From assembly GCA_041652815.1 (NCBI GenBank), contig JBAZGN010000001.1, positions 573,855-637,854 on the forward strand: a stretch of 64,000 nucleotides of DNA, given 5' to 3'. The stretch's first letter is position 1. Each line of letters starts with the position of its first letter. This document shows, one piece after another, positions 17,472-28,423 of the stretch. The translations under genes and the position numbers were made by a program. The notes below the pieces were generated by a model. The model did not search any database and was not told where the DNA came from. It worked only from the letters and a program-made list of their open reading frames with translations. This DNA comes from Candidatus Omnitrophota bacterium (lineage in GTDB: Bacteria > Omnitrophota > Gorgyraeia > Duberdicusellales > 4484-171).

Positions 17472-18701
17472 ATGCAAAATAAATTAATAGTACAAAAATA
17501 CGGCGGTTCATCAGTTGCCGATGTAAGCAGAATTGAGAAGGTTTGCGAGAGAATAATTTCTTACGCAAAAAAAGGAAACAAGCTCGCTATTGTAGTCTCC
17601 GCAATGGGAGATACGACTGATGAGCTTATAACGCTGGCCAGAAAGATAAACCCCGACCCGGAAGAACGGGAAATGGATATGCTTATATCAACAGGCGAGC
17701 AAATATCATCCGCGCTTTTGGCCATGGCTATACACAGGCAGGGCTACGAGGCAATTTCTTTTACCGGTTCCCAGGTAGGGATAATTACGGATAAGTATCA
17801 TACCAAAGCAAAGATTTTAAAAATTGAAACCGACAGGATAAAAAAAGAATTATCCGCGGGTAAAATCGTAATTATCGCTGGCTTCCAGGGTAAAAGCACA
17901 AAATCAGAAATTACTACCTTAGGCCGCGGTGGCTCGGATTTAAGCGCGGTAGCTTTGGCGGTTGCACTTTCTGCCGATATGTGCGAAATTTATACCGACG
18001 TAGAAGGTATTTATACTGCAGACCCGCGCATTATCAAAAATGCAAAAAAACTAAACTATATAACTTTTGATGAGATGCTGGAGTTAGCCGCAAGGGGTGC
18101 GCAGGTAATGCAAACAAGGGCTGTTGAGGTAGGTAAAAAATTTAATATGCCAATATATGTTAAGTCGAGTTTTTCCAAAAAGGAGGGAACTGTAATCATG
18201 GATAAGCTTCCGCATATTGAGGAATCTGTTGTAAGAGGAGTGGCCTTAACCGAAAACGAAGCTAAAATTACCGTTTGCGATGTTCCGGATAAGCCGGGCA
18301 TTGCCGCAAGAATATTCAATGACCTTGCCAAACAAAATGTCAACATAGATATGATAGTTCAAAACGTAAGCCACAAGAAAATGACGGATATTTCTTTTAC
18401 TGTTCCTAAAGATAACATTGCAAAAGTGCTTAAGGTATCCAAGAAAATTGCAGATAACATTGGTGCTGGAGGAATTATCTCTGATGAGGCAATCGCTAAA
18501 GTTTCGATAGTCGGAGTGGGCATGAAATCGCAGTCAGGAGTTGCTGCAAAATGCTTTTCTTGCCTGGCAAAGCATAAAATTAATATCGAAATGATTTCTA
18601 CATCAGAAATAAGCATTTCCTGCGTAGTTAAAAAAGATTTAGGTAAAGAAGCATTAAAGGTTTTGCATAAAGAGTTCGGGCTTGATAAAATAAAAGGATA
18701 A
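17472..18701 (+). CDS. lysC: Aspartate kinase
   Basis: KYGGSS N-terminus, kinase core and two C-terminal ACT domains. Confidence 0.85.
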   Translation: MQNKLIVQKYGGSSVADVSRIEKVCERIISYAKKGNKLAIVVSAMGDTTDELITLARKINPDPEEREMDMLISTGEQISSALLAMAIHRQGYEAISFTGSQVGIITDKYHTKAKILKIETDRIKKELSAGKIVIIAGFQGKSTKSEITTLGRGGSDLSAVALAVALSADMCEIYTDVEGIYTADPRIIKNAKKLNYITFDEMLELAARGAQVMQTRAVEVGKKFNMPIYVKSSFSKKEGTVIMDKLPHIEESVVRGVALTENEAKITVCDVPDKPGIAARIFNDLAKQNVNIDMIVQNVSHKKMTDISFTVPKDNIAKVLKVSKKIADNIGAGGIISDEAIAKVSIVGVGMKSQSGVAAKCFSCLAKHKINIEMISTSEISISCVVKKDLGKEALKVLHKEFGLDKIKG

Positions 18702-18775
18702 TAGTAGCACGTCGCATGTAACACGCATCAAGCCAAGGCGTGTTACTTGATACGTGTTACCTGATACGTGAACAA
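18700..18775. promoter_or_regulatory. Family A palindromic words upstream of cimA (GTAACACGCATCAAGCCAAGGCGTGTTAC hairpin + ACGTGTTACCTGATACGTG arm)
   Basis: Shares the exact 19-mer arm with the 15970 element. Confidence 0.55.
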
Positions 18776-20350
18776 ATGAAGAAAATATTTATCTACGACA
18801 CAACCTTACGCGACGGAGCACAGACCGAAGGCATTTCTTATTCGTTGCACGATAAAATTAATATCACTAAACGGCTTGATGATTTCGGTATAAGTTTTAT
18901 TGAAGGCGGATGGCCTTATTCAAATCCGAAAGATAAGGAGCTTTTTGAATATTTCAGAAAGCACCCTTTAAAAAAAGCCAAAATTGTCCCTTTCGGTTCT
19001 ACTGCGCATCCATCACACCCCGCGTCAAAAGATAAAAATCTGTTAAGTCTTGTAAAAAGCAATACAGAATACGTAACAATTTTTGGAAAAACCTGGGATT
19101 TGCACGTAAGAGATATCCTTAAAATACCGCTTGAGGATAACCTGAAAATAATTTTTGAAAGTGTAAAGTTTTTAAAAAAACAAGGCAAGAAAGTTTTTTA
19201 TGACGCAGAACATTTTTTTGACGGTTTTAAAGCTAATTCCAATTACGCATTAAAAACCATTCGTGCAGCACTTGAAGCAGGAGCAGATTTGGTTATTTTT
19301 TGCGATACAAACGGGGGAACGCTTACCTGGCAGGCGCTTGACATCATAAAACAGGTAAAAGAGGCATTATCCATAAATGATTTTGGAATGCATTGCCATA
19401 ATGATTTAGACCTAGCCGTAAGCAACTCTATTTCTGCCGTAAAATATGGCTGCAGCCATATTCAAGGGACAATAAATGGTTATGGAGAACGTTGCGGCAA
19501 TGCCGATTTGATTTCAATTATGGCGATACTTCAGCTTAAGATGGGTTATGATATCATACCTGCAAATAAAATGCCCACACTTGCGCATTTGTCTTATTAT
19601 GTAAGTGAAGTAAGCAATGTTGCTCATCACGATAACCATCCTTTTGTAGGTAAATCTGCGTTTGCGCATAAAGGGGGTATTCATATAGATGCAGTAATCA
19701 AAAATCCCCTGGCTTACGAACATATTTTGCCTTCCGCAGTAGGGAACAAAAGCAGGTTTATAGTTTCTGAATTAGCCGGAAAATCTACATTGGTAGTAAA
19801 AGCTAAGGAATTGGAATTTGATTTGAATAAAAAATCCCCGCAGGCAATAAGAATACATAAGCTTATACAGGAGCTTGAGAGGCAAGGCTATCAATTTGAA
19901 GCAGCAGAAGGCTCTTTTAAGCTTCTTTTGCAGAAAGAATTTAGAAAGTATAAAAAGTTTTTTAGCCTCCTAGGCTTTAGGGTCAGCGTTGAAAAAAGAG
20001 AAGATGGCCGTCTTATATCGGAAGCGGTAATTAAGCTTAAAATAAATGATAAATTAGAACATAGCGCCGCAGAAGGCGATGGCCCGGTTAATGCCCTGGA
20101 TAATGCTTTGAGAAAAGCGCTGGCTAAATTTTACCCGACTATTTCTAAAATGCATCTTACTGATTTTAAGGTAAGGGTTCTTGATGAGAAATGCGGCACC
20201 GCCGGAAAGGTGCGCGTGTTAATACAGTCGCAGGATGAGGATGAAGACTGGTCGACCATAGGCGTTTCGGAGAATATTATCGAAGCAAGCTGGCAAGCCC
20301 TGCTTGACTCTGTCGAATACAAACTCCTTAAAGACTCCAAGAATAAGTAA
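18776..20350 (+). CDS. cimA: (R)-citramalate synthase / LeuA-family HMGL-like enzyme
   Basis: IYDTTLRDGAQ N-terminus, ~525 aa with a C-terminal LeuA-dimer-like domain. Start moved to internal MKKIFIYD. Confidence 0.75.
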   Translation: MKKIFIYDTTLRDGAQTEGISYSLHDKINITKRLDDFGISFIEGGWPYSNPKDKELFEYFRKHPLKKAKIVPFGSTAHPSHPASKDKNLLSLVKSNTEYVTIFGKTWDLHVRDILKIPLEDNLKIIFESVKFLKKQGKKVFYDAEHFFDGFKANSNYALKTIRAALEAGADLVIFCDTNGGTLTWQALDIIKQVKEALSINDFGMHCHNDLDLAVSNSISAVKYGCSHIQGTINGYGERCGNADLISIMAILQLKMGYDIIPANKMPTLAHLSYYVSEVSNVAHHDNHPFVGKSAFAHKGGIHIDAVIKNPLAYEHILPSAVGNKSRFIVSELAGKSTLVVKAKELEFDLNKKSPQAIRIHKLIQELERQGYQFEAAEGSFKLLLQKEFRKYKKFFSLLGFRVSVEKREDGRLISEAVIKLKINDKLEHSAAEGDGPVNALDNALRKALAKFYPTISKMHLTDFKVRVLDEKCGTAGKVRVLIQSQDEDEDWSTIGVSENIIEASWQALLDSVEYKLLKDSKNK

Positions 20351-20480
20351 ATCTTGAAATTTTAAATAACCAAGCTCCAATTTCCAATAACCAAAAAATA
20401 ACCAATAACCAAATTCTAATATCCAAAAAGATAAGAAAAAAATGTTTGGTTATTGATTATTGGGATTTATTTGGTTATTG
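20345..20480. promoter_or_regulatory. Inverted repeat of CCAATAACCAAA words
   Basis: ccaataaccaaaaaataaccaataaccaaa ... tttggttattgattattgg ... ttggttattgtatcttggttattgg. The listed ORF start at 20453 lies inside it. Confidence 0.5.
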
Positions 20481-20509
20481 TATCTTGGTTATTGGTCATT
20501 TTAAAAACT

Positions 20510-21403
20510 ATGCCCAAGAAACCTATCAAAGCTTATTTTGAAATAAAAAATAACGAACTTTTTTATTATCCTCCCAGCCAAACAACAAATAAACTTCCCC
20601 ATAGTCTAAAATTAGAAGGCAAATGGCGCCTTTTAAATGGGAATTGCGTATTCGACTTAAATGAATCTTACAATACTGTTTTTGGGCAAAGCATAAGTTT
20701 TTCGGCAAAAATAGAGAAAGCTTCAAAAAATTATATCCGGTTTAATATTCTTAACAGAACTACTCCTAAATTACGCAGCCGCACATCAGTGCAATTTAGC
20801 GGGCGATGGAATGTAGATACTTGCAATAACCTGGTTTTTGAAGTTCAGAGGGCCAGTGCATTCGATGAATTTATTTTTGGGAATAACTGGCAGGTTACAA
20901 AAGAAAACAATATTTTGCTGCTCTACAAAAGAAGATTTCTTAAAAAAGAAATAATAAGCTCTTTGGTGCTTAACGGCAGCTGGGAGCTCGGCAGAAACGC
21001 GCTTAATTTTACAATAGAGAATTCAAGCAAAAATAAGCTTAAATTTGATCTTGCCCTGGCTGCAAAGACAATAATATTTAATAAAGAAAAAATTGATTTA
21101 ACAATAGGATTACGCAAGGATTCAATAAAAACTATTTCTTTATATGGAAGGTGCAAATACTTTAAGGATAAAATTGAATTTACGGCAATTTTTGGCCGGC
21201 AAGCGTTGACTTGGATTTTTAAGCTTAATAAGCGTTTATCTGGCGATAAGGAGCTAATTTTTGAACTGATAAATGAAGAAAATAAACCTCTTGGCCTGCA
21301 GATTACTTTTTCAAAGAAGATTGCAGCAGCCGGTAATCTATTTATACGTGCAAAGGCTGCAGATGACAAGCGCATAGAAGCGGGTTTATATTTGCCTTTT
21401 TAA
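20510..21403 (+). CDS. Hypothetical beta-rich protein
   Basis: Long ORF with no recognisable motif. Start chosen at the ATG after the repeat region. Confidence 0.35.
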   Translation: MPKKPIKAYFEIKNNELFYYPPSQTTNKLPHSLKLEGKWRLLNGNCVFDLNESYNTVFGQSISFSAKIEKASKNYIRFNILNRTTPKLRSRTSVQFSGRWNVDTCNNLVFEVQRASAFDEFIFGNNWQVTKENNILLLYKRRFLKKEIISSLVLNGSWELGRNALNFTIENSSKNKLKFDLALAAKTIIFNKEKIDLTIGLRKDSIKTISLYGRCKYFKDKIEFTAIFGRQALTWIFKLNKRLSGDKELIFELINEENKPLGLQITFSKKIAAAGNLFIRAKAADDKRIEAGLYLPF

Positions 21404-21510
21404 TTGATACGCTAGATACCCCGAACTAAATCCCCAAGCTTTAGTCCATAGAGATTCAGTTGGAAAAATTTTGTTGTTTTTTTTATGATTAATCATTAAA
21501 ATAAACCCAT

Positions 21511-22605
21511 ATGAGGAAGAAGTTTTTTATCCGCCTTCGCAAGATGTCACCGCTATGGCTGTGGGTGAATGTGAAAAAATATGCTTCGGCGAATGTCATT
21601 AAATGGGCAAGCCCTGAGAAGGCGGATAACCCGCCGAAGCCTTGGCGTAGGCGGGTATATATAGGTGTCACGGGCTTGCCCGTGGGGTGTTCCATATTAT
21701 TATTGCTTTTAGCTGTTTTTGTGCCTGTCTACGCAGAAACAGTAGTTTTAAAAAACGGGAAATCAATAGAGGGCGGCATTGTCGAAAGAACAGAGAAATA
21801 TATAAAGATAGATGTATTTGGCGTGGCCGTGACCTACTATCTTGAGGATATCGAAAGCATAGACGGGAAAAAAATTATGCCTATAGCAGTAAATCTTGTT
21901 GAAAGTGACGTATCACACAGTGATGCCTCTGGCGGGGTAAAGAAAGAACCTGAAGTTAAAACAGAGCTTAACAACGTAAAAGAAAAGATAAATTTCGAAC
22001 CACAAGCAAAAAAAAATCTTTCCTTGGGTGAAGTCAAAGAAGCGCAGGAATGTTTTCAAAAAGGTATAAACTATTTTAGAGAGAAAAAACATGAAGAGGC
22101 AATAGCCGAATTCGAAAAAGCATTGAAAATCGACCCTAACCTTGCAGAAGGCTATTATGGTTTGGGATATACCTATTGCTCTAAAAATCAATGCGAGGCG
22201 TCCCTTGCGTATTTTCAGAAAGCAATAGAACTTTCGCCAAATTACGTAGATGCTTACAATGGTATGGCTTATGCTTATAATATTTTAGGCAAATATGACG
22301 ACACTATAAAATATTATCTAAAAACTTTACAGTTAAAAGCGGACAATTTAGATGCTTTAAACGGACTAGGCTATGCTTATGCTTCAATAGGAAAATATCA
22401 AGATGCGGTCAATTATTTTAAAAAAGCTATAAAAATTAACCCCGAATATGCGCCGGCTTATAGCGGCTTGGGCGTGATTTATTATTCCCTTAGCCAGCTT
22501 CTCGACGCAAAGGAGAATTTCCTTAAAGCAAAAGAATTATTTAAGAAAAATAATGACGAACAGGGAGTAAAAGCCATAGAAGAATATCTTAGTAAACTCC
22601 CCTAA
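21511..22605 (+). CDS. TPR-repeat protein with N-terminal signal peptide
   Basis: Five-plus TPR units (AEGYYGLGYTY..., VDAYNGMAYAY..., APAYSGLGVIY...). The listed first ~55 codons overlap hairpins; the true start may be the GTG at ~21682 giving signal MGCSILLLLLAVFVPVYA. Confidence 0.55.
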   Translation: MRKKFFIRLRKMSPLWLWVNVKKYASANVIKWASPEKADNPPKPWRRRVYIGVTGLPVGCSILLLLLAVFVPVYAETVVLKNGKSIEGGIVERTEKYIKIDVFGVAVTYYLEDIESIDGKKIMPIAVNLVESDVSHSDASGGVKKEPEVKTELNNVKEKINFEPQAKKNLSLGEVKEAQECFQKGINYFREKKHEEAIAEFEKALKIDPNLAEGYYGLGYTYCSKNQCEASLAYFQKAIELSPNYVDAYNGMAYAYNILGKYDDTIKYYLKTLQLKADNLDALNGLGYAYASIGKYQDAVNYFKKAIKINPEYAPAYSGLGVIYYSLSQLLDAKENFLKAKELFKKNNDEQGVKAIEEYLSKLP

Positions 22606-22689
22606 ATTTATATAAAACACCTGCCTTTTGCTGAAATTACCCGTAAAAGCAATTATTGTTTTTTAGGGCTTAAGTGATATAATCTATCC

Positions 22690-22833
22690 CGTTGCCTGAA
22701 TCCCTGCTGCCCCTGGCGGCAGGGATGAATGGTGGAAAGGGGCGTCGCCCTTACGGGCCCCAGTAATCAGTATTTCGAAAGGCTGGTTATATCCAGAAAT
22801 AGCAAAAAGTTATTTAAAAATTTAAATAGTGAT
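22690..22833. promoter_or_regulatory. GC-rich structured leader upstream of ilvB; related to the element at ~8408-8530
   Basis: Both carry a CCCTGC..GGCGGCAGGG hairpin, then GGATGAAT-RGYGG-AAAGGGG-YG.CG. Confidence 0.4.
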
Positions 22834-24498
22834 ATGAAAGGCGCAAATATATTAATCGAGAGCTTACTGAAGGAGAACGTTGAAGTTATCTTTGGCTATC
22901 CTGGCGGTTCGGTTTTACCGATTTTTGACTGTCTTTACGATGCCCCTGTAAAATTTATACTTCCCAGGCACGAACAGGCAGCAGCACATATGGCTGACGG
23001 TTATGCCAGAGCAACAGGCAAAGTAGGTGTTTGCCTGGCAACTAGCGGCCCAGGTGCAACAAATTTAACTACCGGCATAGCTACTGCTTATATGGATTCT
23101 ATACCGATGGTCGCCATAACCGGCCAGGTAAAAACTTCTTTAATCGGAAATGATGCATTTCAGGAAGCCGACATTACAGGCATAACCAGGTCAATAACCA
23201 AGCATAATTATTTGGTCAAAGATGCCCGTGATTTGGCACGCACCATAAAAGAAGCATTTCACGTGGCGCGAACCGGCAGGCCCGGGCCCGTGTTAATTGA
23301 TATACCGGTAGACGTACAACAGCAAGATACAGAATTTGTATGGCCTGATGAAGTAGCTATCCGCGGATATAAGCCTACTTATTTCGGACATCCCGGGCAA
23401 ATTAAAAGATGTGCGAAAATAATAACTTCTGCCAAAAAACCTGTTATTTATGCCGGCGGAGGAGTTATAAGCTCAGGAGCGTACCAGGAACTTAAAGAAT
23501 TGGCGGAAAAAATCCAGGCGCCGGTAACAATGACTTTAATGGGTTTGGGCGGTTTCCCTGCCACGCATGAGCTTTCCTTAGGCATGCTTGGTATGCACGG
23601 AACAGCTTATGCTAATCATGCCATAATGGAAGCGGATTTAATTATAGCCATAGGCGCTCGTTTTGACGATAGGGTAACAGGTAGAATTGATGCTTTTGCG
23701 CCAAACGCAAAAATTATACATATAGACATTGATCCTTCCTCGATAAGTAAAAATGTAAGAGTAGATATCCCTATTGTTGGCGACGTCAAACACGTTTTGG
23801 GCCAGCTTCTTGAGGAGATAAAAGTTGCTTGTGATACAAGTAGCTGGCTTAAGATAGTTGAGGGCTGGAAAAAGAAATATCCCCTGGCCTACAAAGATAA
23901 AAAAAGAATAAGCCCTCAATATATAATGGAAGAGATTTACGAAATTACAAAAGGAGAGGCGATCATAACAACAGAAGTAGGCCAAAACCAGATGTGGGCA
24001 GCCCAGTGGTATAAATACACGCATCCGCACACTTTTATTTCAAGTGGAGGGCTAGGCACTATGGGTTTTGGTTTTCCGGCAAGCATGGGCGCTAAAATAG
24101 GCTGTCCGGAAAAAACAGTTTTTGATATCGCGGGTGACGGTTCAATCCAAATGAACATACAGGAACTTGCTACCTGCGTATGCAATAAGATAAACGTAAA
24201 AGTTGCCATACTAAATAATGGTTACCTTGGCATGGTTAGGCAATGGCAGGAACTATTTTACAAAAAGCGTTACTCTTATACCTGTATCTCGGGGCCTGAT
24301 TTTGTAAAACTTGCAGAAAGCTACGGCGCCGTAGGTATACGCGTTACGAAAAAAGAAGAAGTGCGCAAAGCAATAGAAAAAGCCATATCAATAGATAACG
24401 TTGTGTTTATTGATTTTCATATCGAGCAGGAGGAAAATGTTTTCCCGATGGTTCCCGCGGGGGAAGCCATAAATAGAATGATTGGTGGCATGGCTTGA
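22834..24498 (+). CDS. ilvB: Acetolactate synthase large subunit
   Basis: ThDP enzyme, IlvB N-terminus MKGANILIESLLKENVEVIFGYPGG. Start moved downstream of the structured leader. Confidence 0.85.
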   Translation: MKGANILIESLLKENVEVIFGYPGGSVLPIFDCLYDAPVKFILPRHEQAAAHMADGYARATGKVGVCLATSGPGATNLTTGIATAYMDSIPMVAITGQVKTSLIGNDAFQEADITGITRSITKHNYLVKDARDLARTIKEAFHVARTGRPGPVLIDIPVDVQQQDTEFVWPDEVAIRGYKPTYFGHPGQIKRCAKIITSAKKPVIYAGGGVISSGAYQELKELAEKIQAPVTMTLMGLGGFPATHELSLGMLGMHGTAYANHAIMEADLIIAIGARFDDRVTGRIDAFAPNAKIIHIDIDPSSISKNVRVDIPIVGDVKHVLGQLLEEIKVACDTSSWLKIVEGWKKKYPLAYKDKKRISPQYIMEEIYEITKGEAIITTEVGQNQMWAAQWYKYTHPHTFISSGGLGTMGFGFPASMGAKIGCPEKTVFDIAGDGSIQMNIQELATCVCNKINVKVAILNNGYLGMVRQWQELFYKKRYSYTCISGPDFVKLAESYGAVGIRVTKKEEVRKAIEKAISIDNVVFIDFHIEQEENVFPMVPAGEAINRMIGGMA

Positions 24499-24685
24499 GG
24501 TACAGATGATTGCAGATAAAAGATAGTCGTCAAACGTTGCGGTTACCCGCCCACCGGAGGCGGGCGAGCTCGTCATGGTTGCGTTAAACGTAAGACGTCT
24601 GACGATGGACGAAACGAGTCGCACAACCGATTGACGTAAGACAATTTATGATATATTAATCTGTGTATGAGGAGCGAAGCGACGA

Positions 24686-25156
24686 ATGAGGCATACGATA
24701 TCAGTTACAGTCGAAAATAAGCCGGGAGTCCTGGCGCGGGTCGCAGGTTTGTTTAGCGCACGAGGCTACAATATCGCATCTCTTGCAGTAAGCGAAACAA
24801 TGGATCCGACAATTTCGTATATGACCATGGTTGTTGAGGCGCAAGATGAAAGGATACTGGAGCAGATTAAAAAACAGCTTAACAAATTGATAGATATAAT
24901 TACTGTTACTGATTTTACCAAGAAAGAGCACGTTGATAGAGAGCTTGTTCTTTTAAAGATAAATTATTCTTCAAAAGACAAAACAAAGATAGAATCAATT
25001 TTGGATAAGCATACAGCAAAAATTGTTTCTCACAAGGCAGATGCGGCAATTATCGAAGCCATGGGCAATCAAGACCAAATAAAACAGCTTTTATCCAGCT
25101 TGCAGCAATTTGGCATACAGGAAATGGTTAGGACCGGTAAATTAGCTATAGCATAA
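24686..25156 (+). CDS. ilvN: Acetolactate synthase small (regulatory) subunit
   Basis: ACT domain [26 protein letters not shown]. Confidence 0.8.
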   Translation: MRHTISVTVENKPGVLARVAGLFSARGYNIASLAVSETMDPTISYMTMVVEAQDERILEQIKKQLNKLIDIITVTDFTKKEHVDRELVLLKINYSSKDKTKIESILDKHTAKIVSHKADAAIIEAMGNQDQIKQLLSSLQQFGIQEMVRTGKLAIA

Positions 25157-25170
25157 TAAGGAGGTTTGAT

Positions 25171-26163
25171 ATGGCAAAGGTGTATTACGACAAAGATGCG
25201 GATTTGAATCTTTTAAAAGGAAAAACTATTGCAATCATCGGCTATGGTATACAAGGCCGCGGACAGGCATTATGCCTTCGCGATTCAGGCTGTAACGTTA
25301 TAGTATCAGAAATGCAAGGAACCCCTAATTACGAACAGGCAAAGAAAGACGGATTTAATCCTGTTTCAGCGAGCGAAGCCGCTAAAGAAGCCGATATAAT
25401 ACAAATTCTTACACAAGACCATGTGCAGGCAAAGGTTTATGGCGAAAGTATTAAAGCAAATTTGAAGAAAGGAAAAGCCCTTTGTTTTTCACATGGTTTT
25501 AATATACGTTTCAAGCAAATAAAGCCGCCTAAAAAAGTTGATGTATTTATGGTCGCGCCCAAAGGCCCGGGTGCTTTGGTTAGAAGAATGTATGAAGAAG
25601 GAAAAGGAGTCCCCTGCCTCGTTGCAGTACACCAGGATGCAACCGGACAGGCTAAGCAGATTGCACTAGCTTACGCAAAAGCAATCGGCGGAACACGTAT
25701 GGGTGTGATTGAAACTACTTTTGCCGAAGAAACTGAAACAGATTTATTCGGAGAGCAGGCAGTTCTCTGCGGCGGTGTTAGCGAAATGATTAAGGCGGGT
25801 TTTGATACTTTAATTGAAGCCGGATACCAGCCTGAAATTGCATATTTTGAGGTTTTGCATGAATTAAAGCTTATCACTGATTTAATCCAGGAGTACGGTA
25901 TAAGCGGAATGCGCCGCAGGGTTTCAAATACAGCTTGTTACGGTGATTTAACCAGAGGCCCGCGTATAATCAATGAAAGAACAAGAAAAGAAATGAAAAA
26001 AATTCTAAAAGAAATCAAGTCTGGAAAATTCGCCAAAGAATGGATTAAGGAAAATGAAACCGGAAGAGCAAATTTCGATAGTCTTTTAAAAGCCGGAGAT
26101 GGGCATAAGATTGAAGAAGTAGGTAAGCAGTTACGAGAAATGATGCCTTGGATGAAGAAATAA
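25171..26163 (+). CDS. ilvC: Ketol-acid reductoisomerase
   Basis: [14 protein letters not shown] Rossmann motif and KARI core. Confidence 0.9.
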   Translation: MAKVYYDKDADLNLLKGKTIAIIGYGIQGRGQALCLRDSGCNVIVSEMQGTPNYEQAKKDGFNPVSASEAAKEADIIQILTQDHVQAKVYGESIKANLKKGKALCFSHGFNIRFKQIKPPKKVDVFMVAPKGPGALVRRMYEEGKGVPCLVAVHQDATGQAKQIALAYAKAIGGTRMGVIETTFAEETETDLFGEQAVLCGGVSEMIKAGFDTLIEAGYQPEIAYFEVLHELKLITDLIQEYGISGMRRRVSNTACYGDLTRGPRIINERTRKEMKKILKEIKSGKFAKEWIKENETGRANFDSLLKAGDGHKIEEVGKQLREMMPWMKK

Positions 26164-26232
26164 ATAGCTATCAGCCATCAGTCGTCAGCCTTCAGTAGCT
26201 GACAGCTGAGAGCTGACAGCTGAGAGCTAAAA
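26164..26232. repeat. Family B palindromic word repeat between ilvC and leuA
   Basis: atagctatcagccatcagtcgtcagccttcagtagctgacagctgagagctgacagctgagagct. Confidence 0.6.
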
Positions 26233-27732
26233 ATGGAAAGGATAATAATATTTGATACGACATTACGCGATGGGGAGCAGGCTCCCGGCGCGTCTTTAAC
26301 TGCCGAGCAGAAGCTGGAGGTAGCTTTCCAGCTGGAAAGGCTGGGGGTAGATGTAATTGAGGCAGGTTTTCCTATTGCAAGCCCGGGGGATTTTAACGCG
26401 GTAAATTCCGTTGCGCGCAACATAAAAAACTGTATCGTCTGCGGCCTTGCAAGGTGCGTTAAGGCAGACATAGAAGCCGCATATAAATCTTTACGTAAAG
26501 CAAAGAATCCCCGCATTCACGTTTTTCTCGCTACCTCAAAAATTCATCTTCAGTACAAATTCAAAAAAGCCGAAGAAGAGATTCTGGATTTGGGCCGCTA
26601 TGCGCTAAAGCTTGCGCGGAATTATTTTGAGGACATAGAATTTTCTCCTGAGGATGCAACGCGTACGGAAAAAGAATTTTTGTTCAAAGTTATCGAAATG
26701 GCTATAGATGAAGGCGCAAAAACAATAAATATTCCCGATACTGTAGGCTATAGTTATCCGCATGAAATCAGTTCCCTGATTTCTTCTATCGCCGGCAATG
26801 TGCCGAATATAAATAAAGCAGTAATTTCTATACATTGCCATGATGATTTGGGTATGGCTGTTGCTAATTCTGTTTCTGCAGTTTTGGGCGGTGCTCGGCA
26901 GGTGCATTGTACGGTAAACGGAATTGGTGAACGCGCAGGTAATGCATCCCTTGAAGAAATAGTTATGGCTTTAAGGACGCGTAAAGATGTATTTGGTAAA
27001 TTTTACAATAATATAAATACAAAAGAACTTTGCCGCACATCCAAAATGGTAAGCACCTTAACCGGGTTTGTTGTTCCTCCCAATAAAGCCATAGTGGGTG
27101 ATAATGCTTTCAGGCACGAAAGCGGTATACACCAGGACGCGGTTTTAAAAAAACGGACAACTTATGAAATAATCGACCCTAAAGACGTGGGAATGGGGGA
27201 AAGCGAGCTTGTTTTAGGCAAACACTCAGGCCGCCACGCGCTTATTGCGAGATTAAAAAATTTAGGGCTTAAGCTTGACGATAAAAAAACAGATTTAATT
27301 TTTAAAAGATTTAAAGAATTAGCCGATAAGAAAAAAGAAATTTTCGATGAAGATCTTATTACTTTGGTTGAGGAAGAAACAAAAGAAAAAAGGCAAGGCT
27401 ATGAACTTTTATCTATCCGGGTTTTTACCGGGACAGATGTAGTGCCGCAGGCGACCGTAAAAATAAAATATAAAAAGAAAATATATGAGGCAGCCTCCAG
27501 CGGAGACGGCCCGGTTGATGCATGCTATAAAGCTATAGACAAAATTACAAAAATAAAGACAAAACTTATTACTTATAGCCTGGAAGCTATTACAAAAGGA
27601 AGAGACGCTCAAGGGCTTGCCAGAGTAGAAATAAAAGCGAAGGCCAAGTTTACTTACGGTAAAGGCGCAAGCACCGATATTTTAGAGGCATCAGCTAAAG
27701 CATACCTTGATGCCTTAAATAGGCTTGGTTGA
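26233..27732 (+). CDS. leuA: 2-isopropylmalate synthase
   Basis: [24 protein letters not shown] and a LeuA dimerisation domain. Confidence 0.85.
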   Translation: MERIIIFDTTLRDGEQAPGASLTAEQKLEVAFQLERLGVDVIEAGFPIASPGDFNAVNSVARNIKNCIVCGLARCVKADIEAAYKSLRKAKNPRIHVFLATSKIHLQYKFKKAEEEILDLGRYALKLARNYFEDIEFSPEDATRTEKEFLFKVIEMAIDEGAKTINIPDTVGYSYPHEISSLISSIAGNVPNINKAVISIHCHDDLGMAVANSVSAVLGGARQVHCTVNGIGERAGNASLEEIVMALRTRKDVFGKFYNNINTKELCRTSKMVSTLTGFVVPPNKAIVGDNAFRHESGIHQDAVLKKRTTYEIIDPKDVGMGESELVLGKHSGRHALIARLKNLGLKLDDKKTDLIFKRFKELADKKKEIFDEDLITLVEEETKEKRQGYELLSIRVFTGTDVVPQATVKIKYKKKIYEAASSGDGPVDACYKAIDKITKIKTKLITYSLEAITKGRDAQGLARVEIKAKAKFTYGKGASTDILEASAKAYLDALNRLG

Positions 27733-27796
27733 TTTACGCAAATTACTGCGAATTAAGAAATTCCTGCCAGCCGGCGGGGATGTAAAGCTGATGGTC

Positions 27797-27946
27797 ACAG
27801 ATTTATTATTACCGTTTATGTACCACGTATCAGGTAACACGTAACAGGCCTTTACGGCGTGATACGTGTTACGTGCGACGTGATACAGAATTTATGCTAT
27901 CTGTGATCATCTGTGTAAGCCGAACGGAGTGAGGCGAATGAAATAT
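27797..27946. repeat. ~150-bp dispersed element, copy 2 (right palindrome arm degenerate)
   Basis: Aligns base-for-base with 15970..16119 with about 9 substitutions. Confidence 0.75.
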
Positions 27947-28393
27947 GTAGTAAACGTAATTGCTATCTTTGTAGTAGTAATTATAGTTGTTCTTGCCGTA
28001 ACCTTCAGGAATAATACAGATAGGCTTCCCTTCCAATACGAAATCAAAAAATTTTTCAACGAATTCTCGCAAATGATAAAAACAAGGACTGCCAATGTCA
28101 AGATGGAGCTCGCTCCCTCAAGAAGAAAAAAAACCACCTTCATAGATAAAGAAGAACAATTACGCCAATTCATTCCGGATGTGTTTGGAAAATTCAGCGA
28201 ATCTGACTGGCGCAATTTCTGGTCATTTATTTACGACCCTGTTTACGACAAAAAGAGTAAATACGGCGGGAAAAGATACCGCACTAAAGAAGAAATCGAA
28301 AGTTTTCTTCGTAACCGGTTCTCTATCTTCAATTATCTTGATATCGGGCACTGGCATTATTTCTGGAGTATCGTGGATGTAAAGTTCGAATAA
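27938..28393 (+). CDS. Hypothetical membrane-anchored protein (one N-terminal TM)
   Basis: Shares its 5' UTR and first three codons (MKY) with apgM through the repeat. Confidence 0.45.
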   Translation: MKYVVNVIAIFVVVIIVVLAVTFRNNTDRLPFQYEIKKFFNEFSQMIKTRTANVKMELAPSRRKKTTFIDKEEQLRQFIPDVFGKFSESDWRNFWSFIYDPVYDKKSKYGGKRYRTKEEIESFLRNRFSIFNYLDIGHWHYFWSIVDVKFE

Positions 28394-28423
28394 CTACGTT
28401 TTTCACCACTCTATAAAAATTGA

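Noticed and set aside
20923-21375. 150-aa minus-strand ORF
   Set aside because: Antisense to the 20510..21403 gene. Composition-driven open frame with no start context.
21511-21680. N-terminal 55 codons of the TPR protein as real coding sequence
   Set aside because: The segment contains perfect hairpins (cacgggcttgcccgtg; ggcggataacccgcc / ggcgggtata) typical of the non-coding word repeats. A downstream GTG gives a clean signal peptide, so it is treated as leader, though not proven.
26178-26516. 112-aa minus-strand ORF
   Set aside because: Antisense to the leuA 5' end and the family B repeat.
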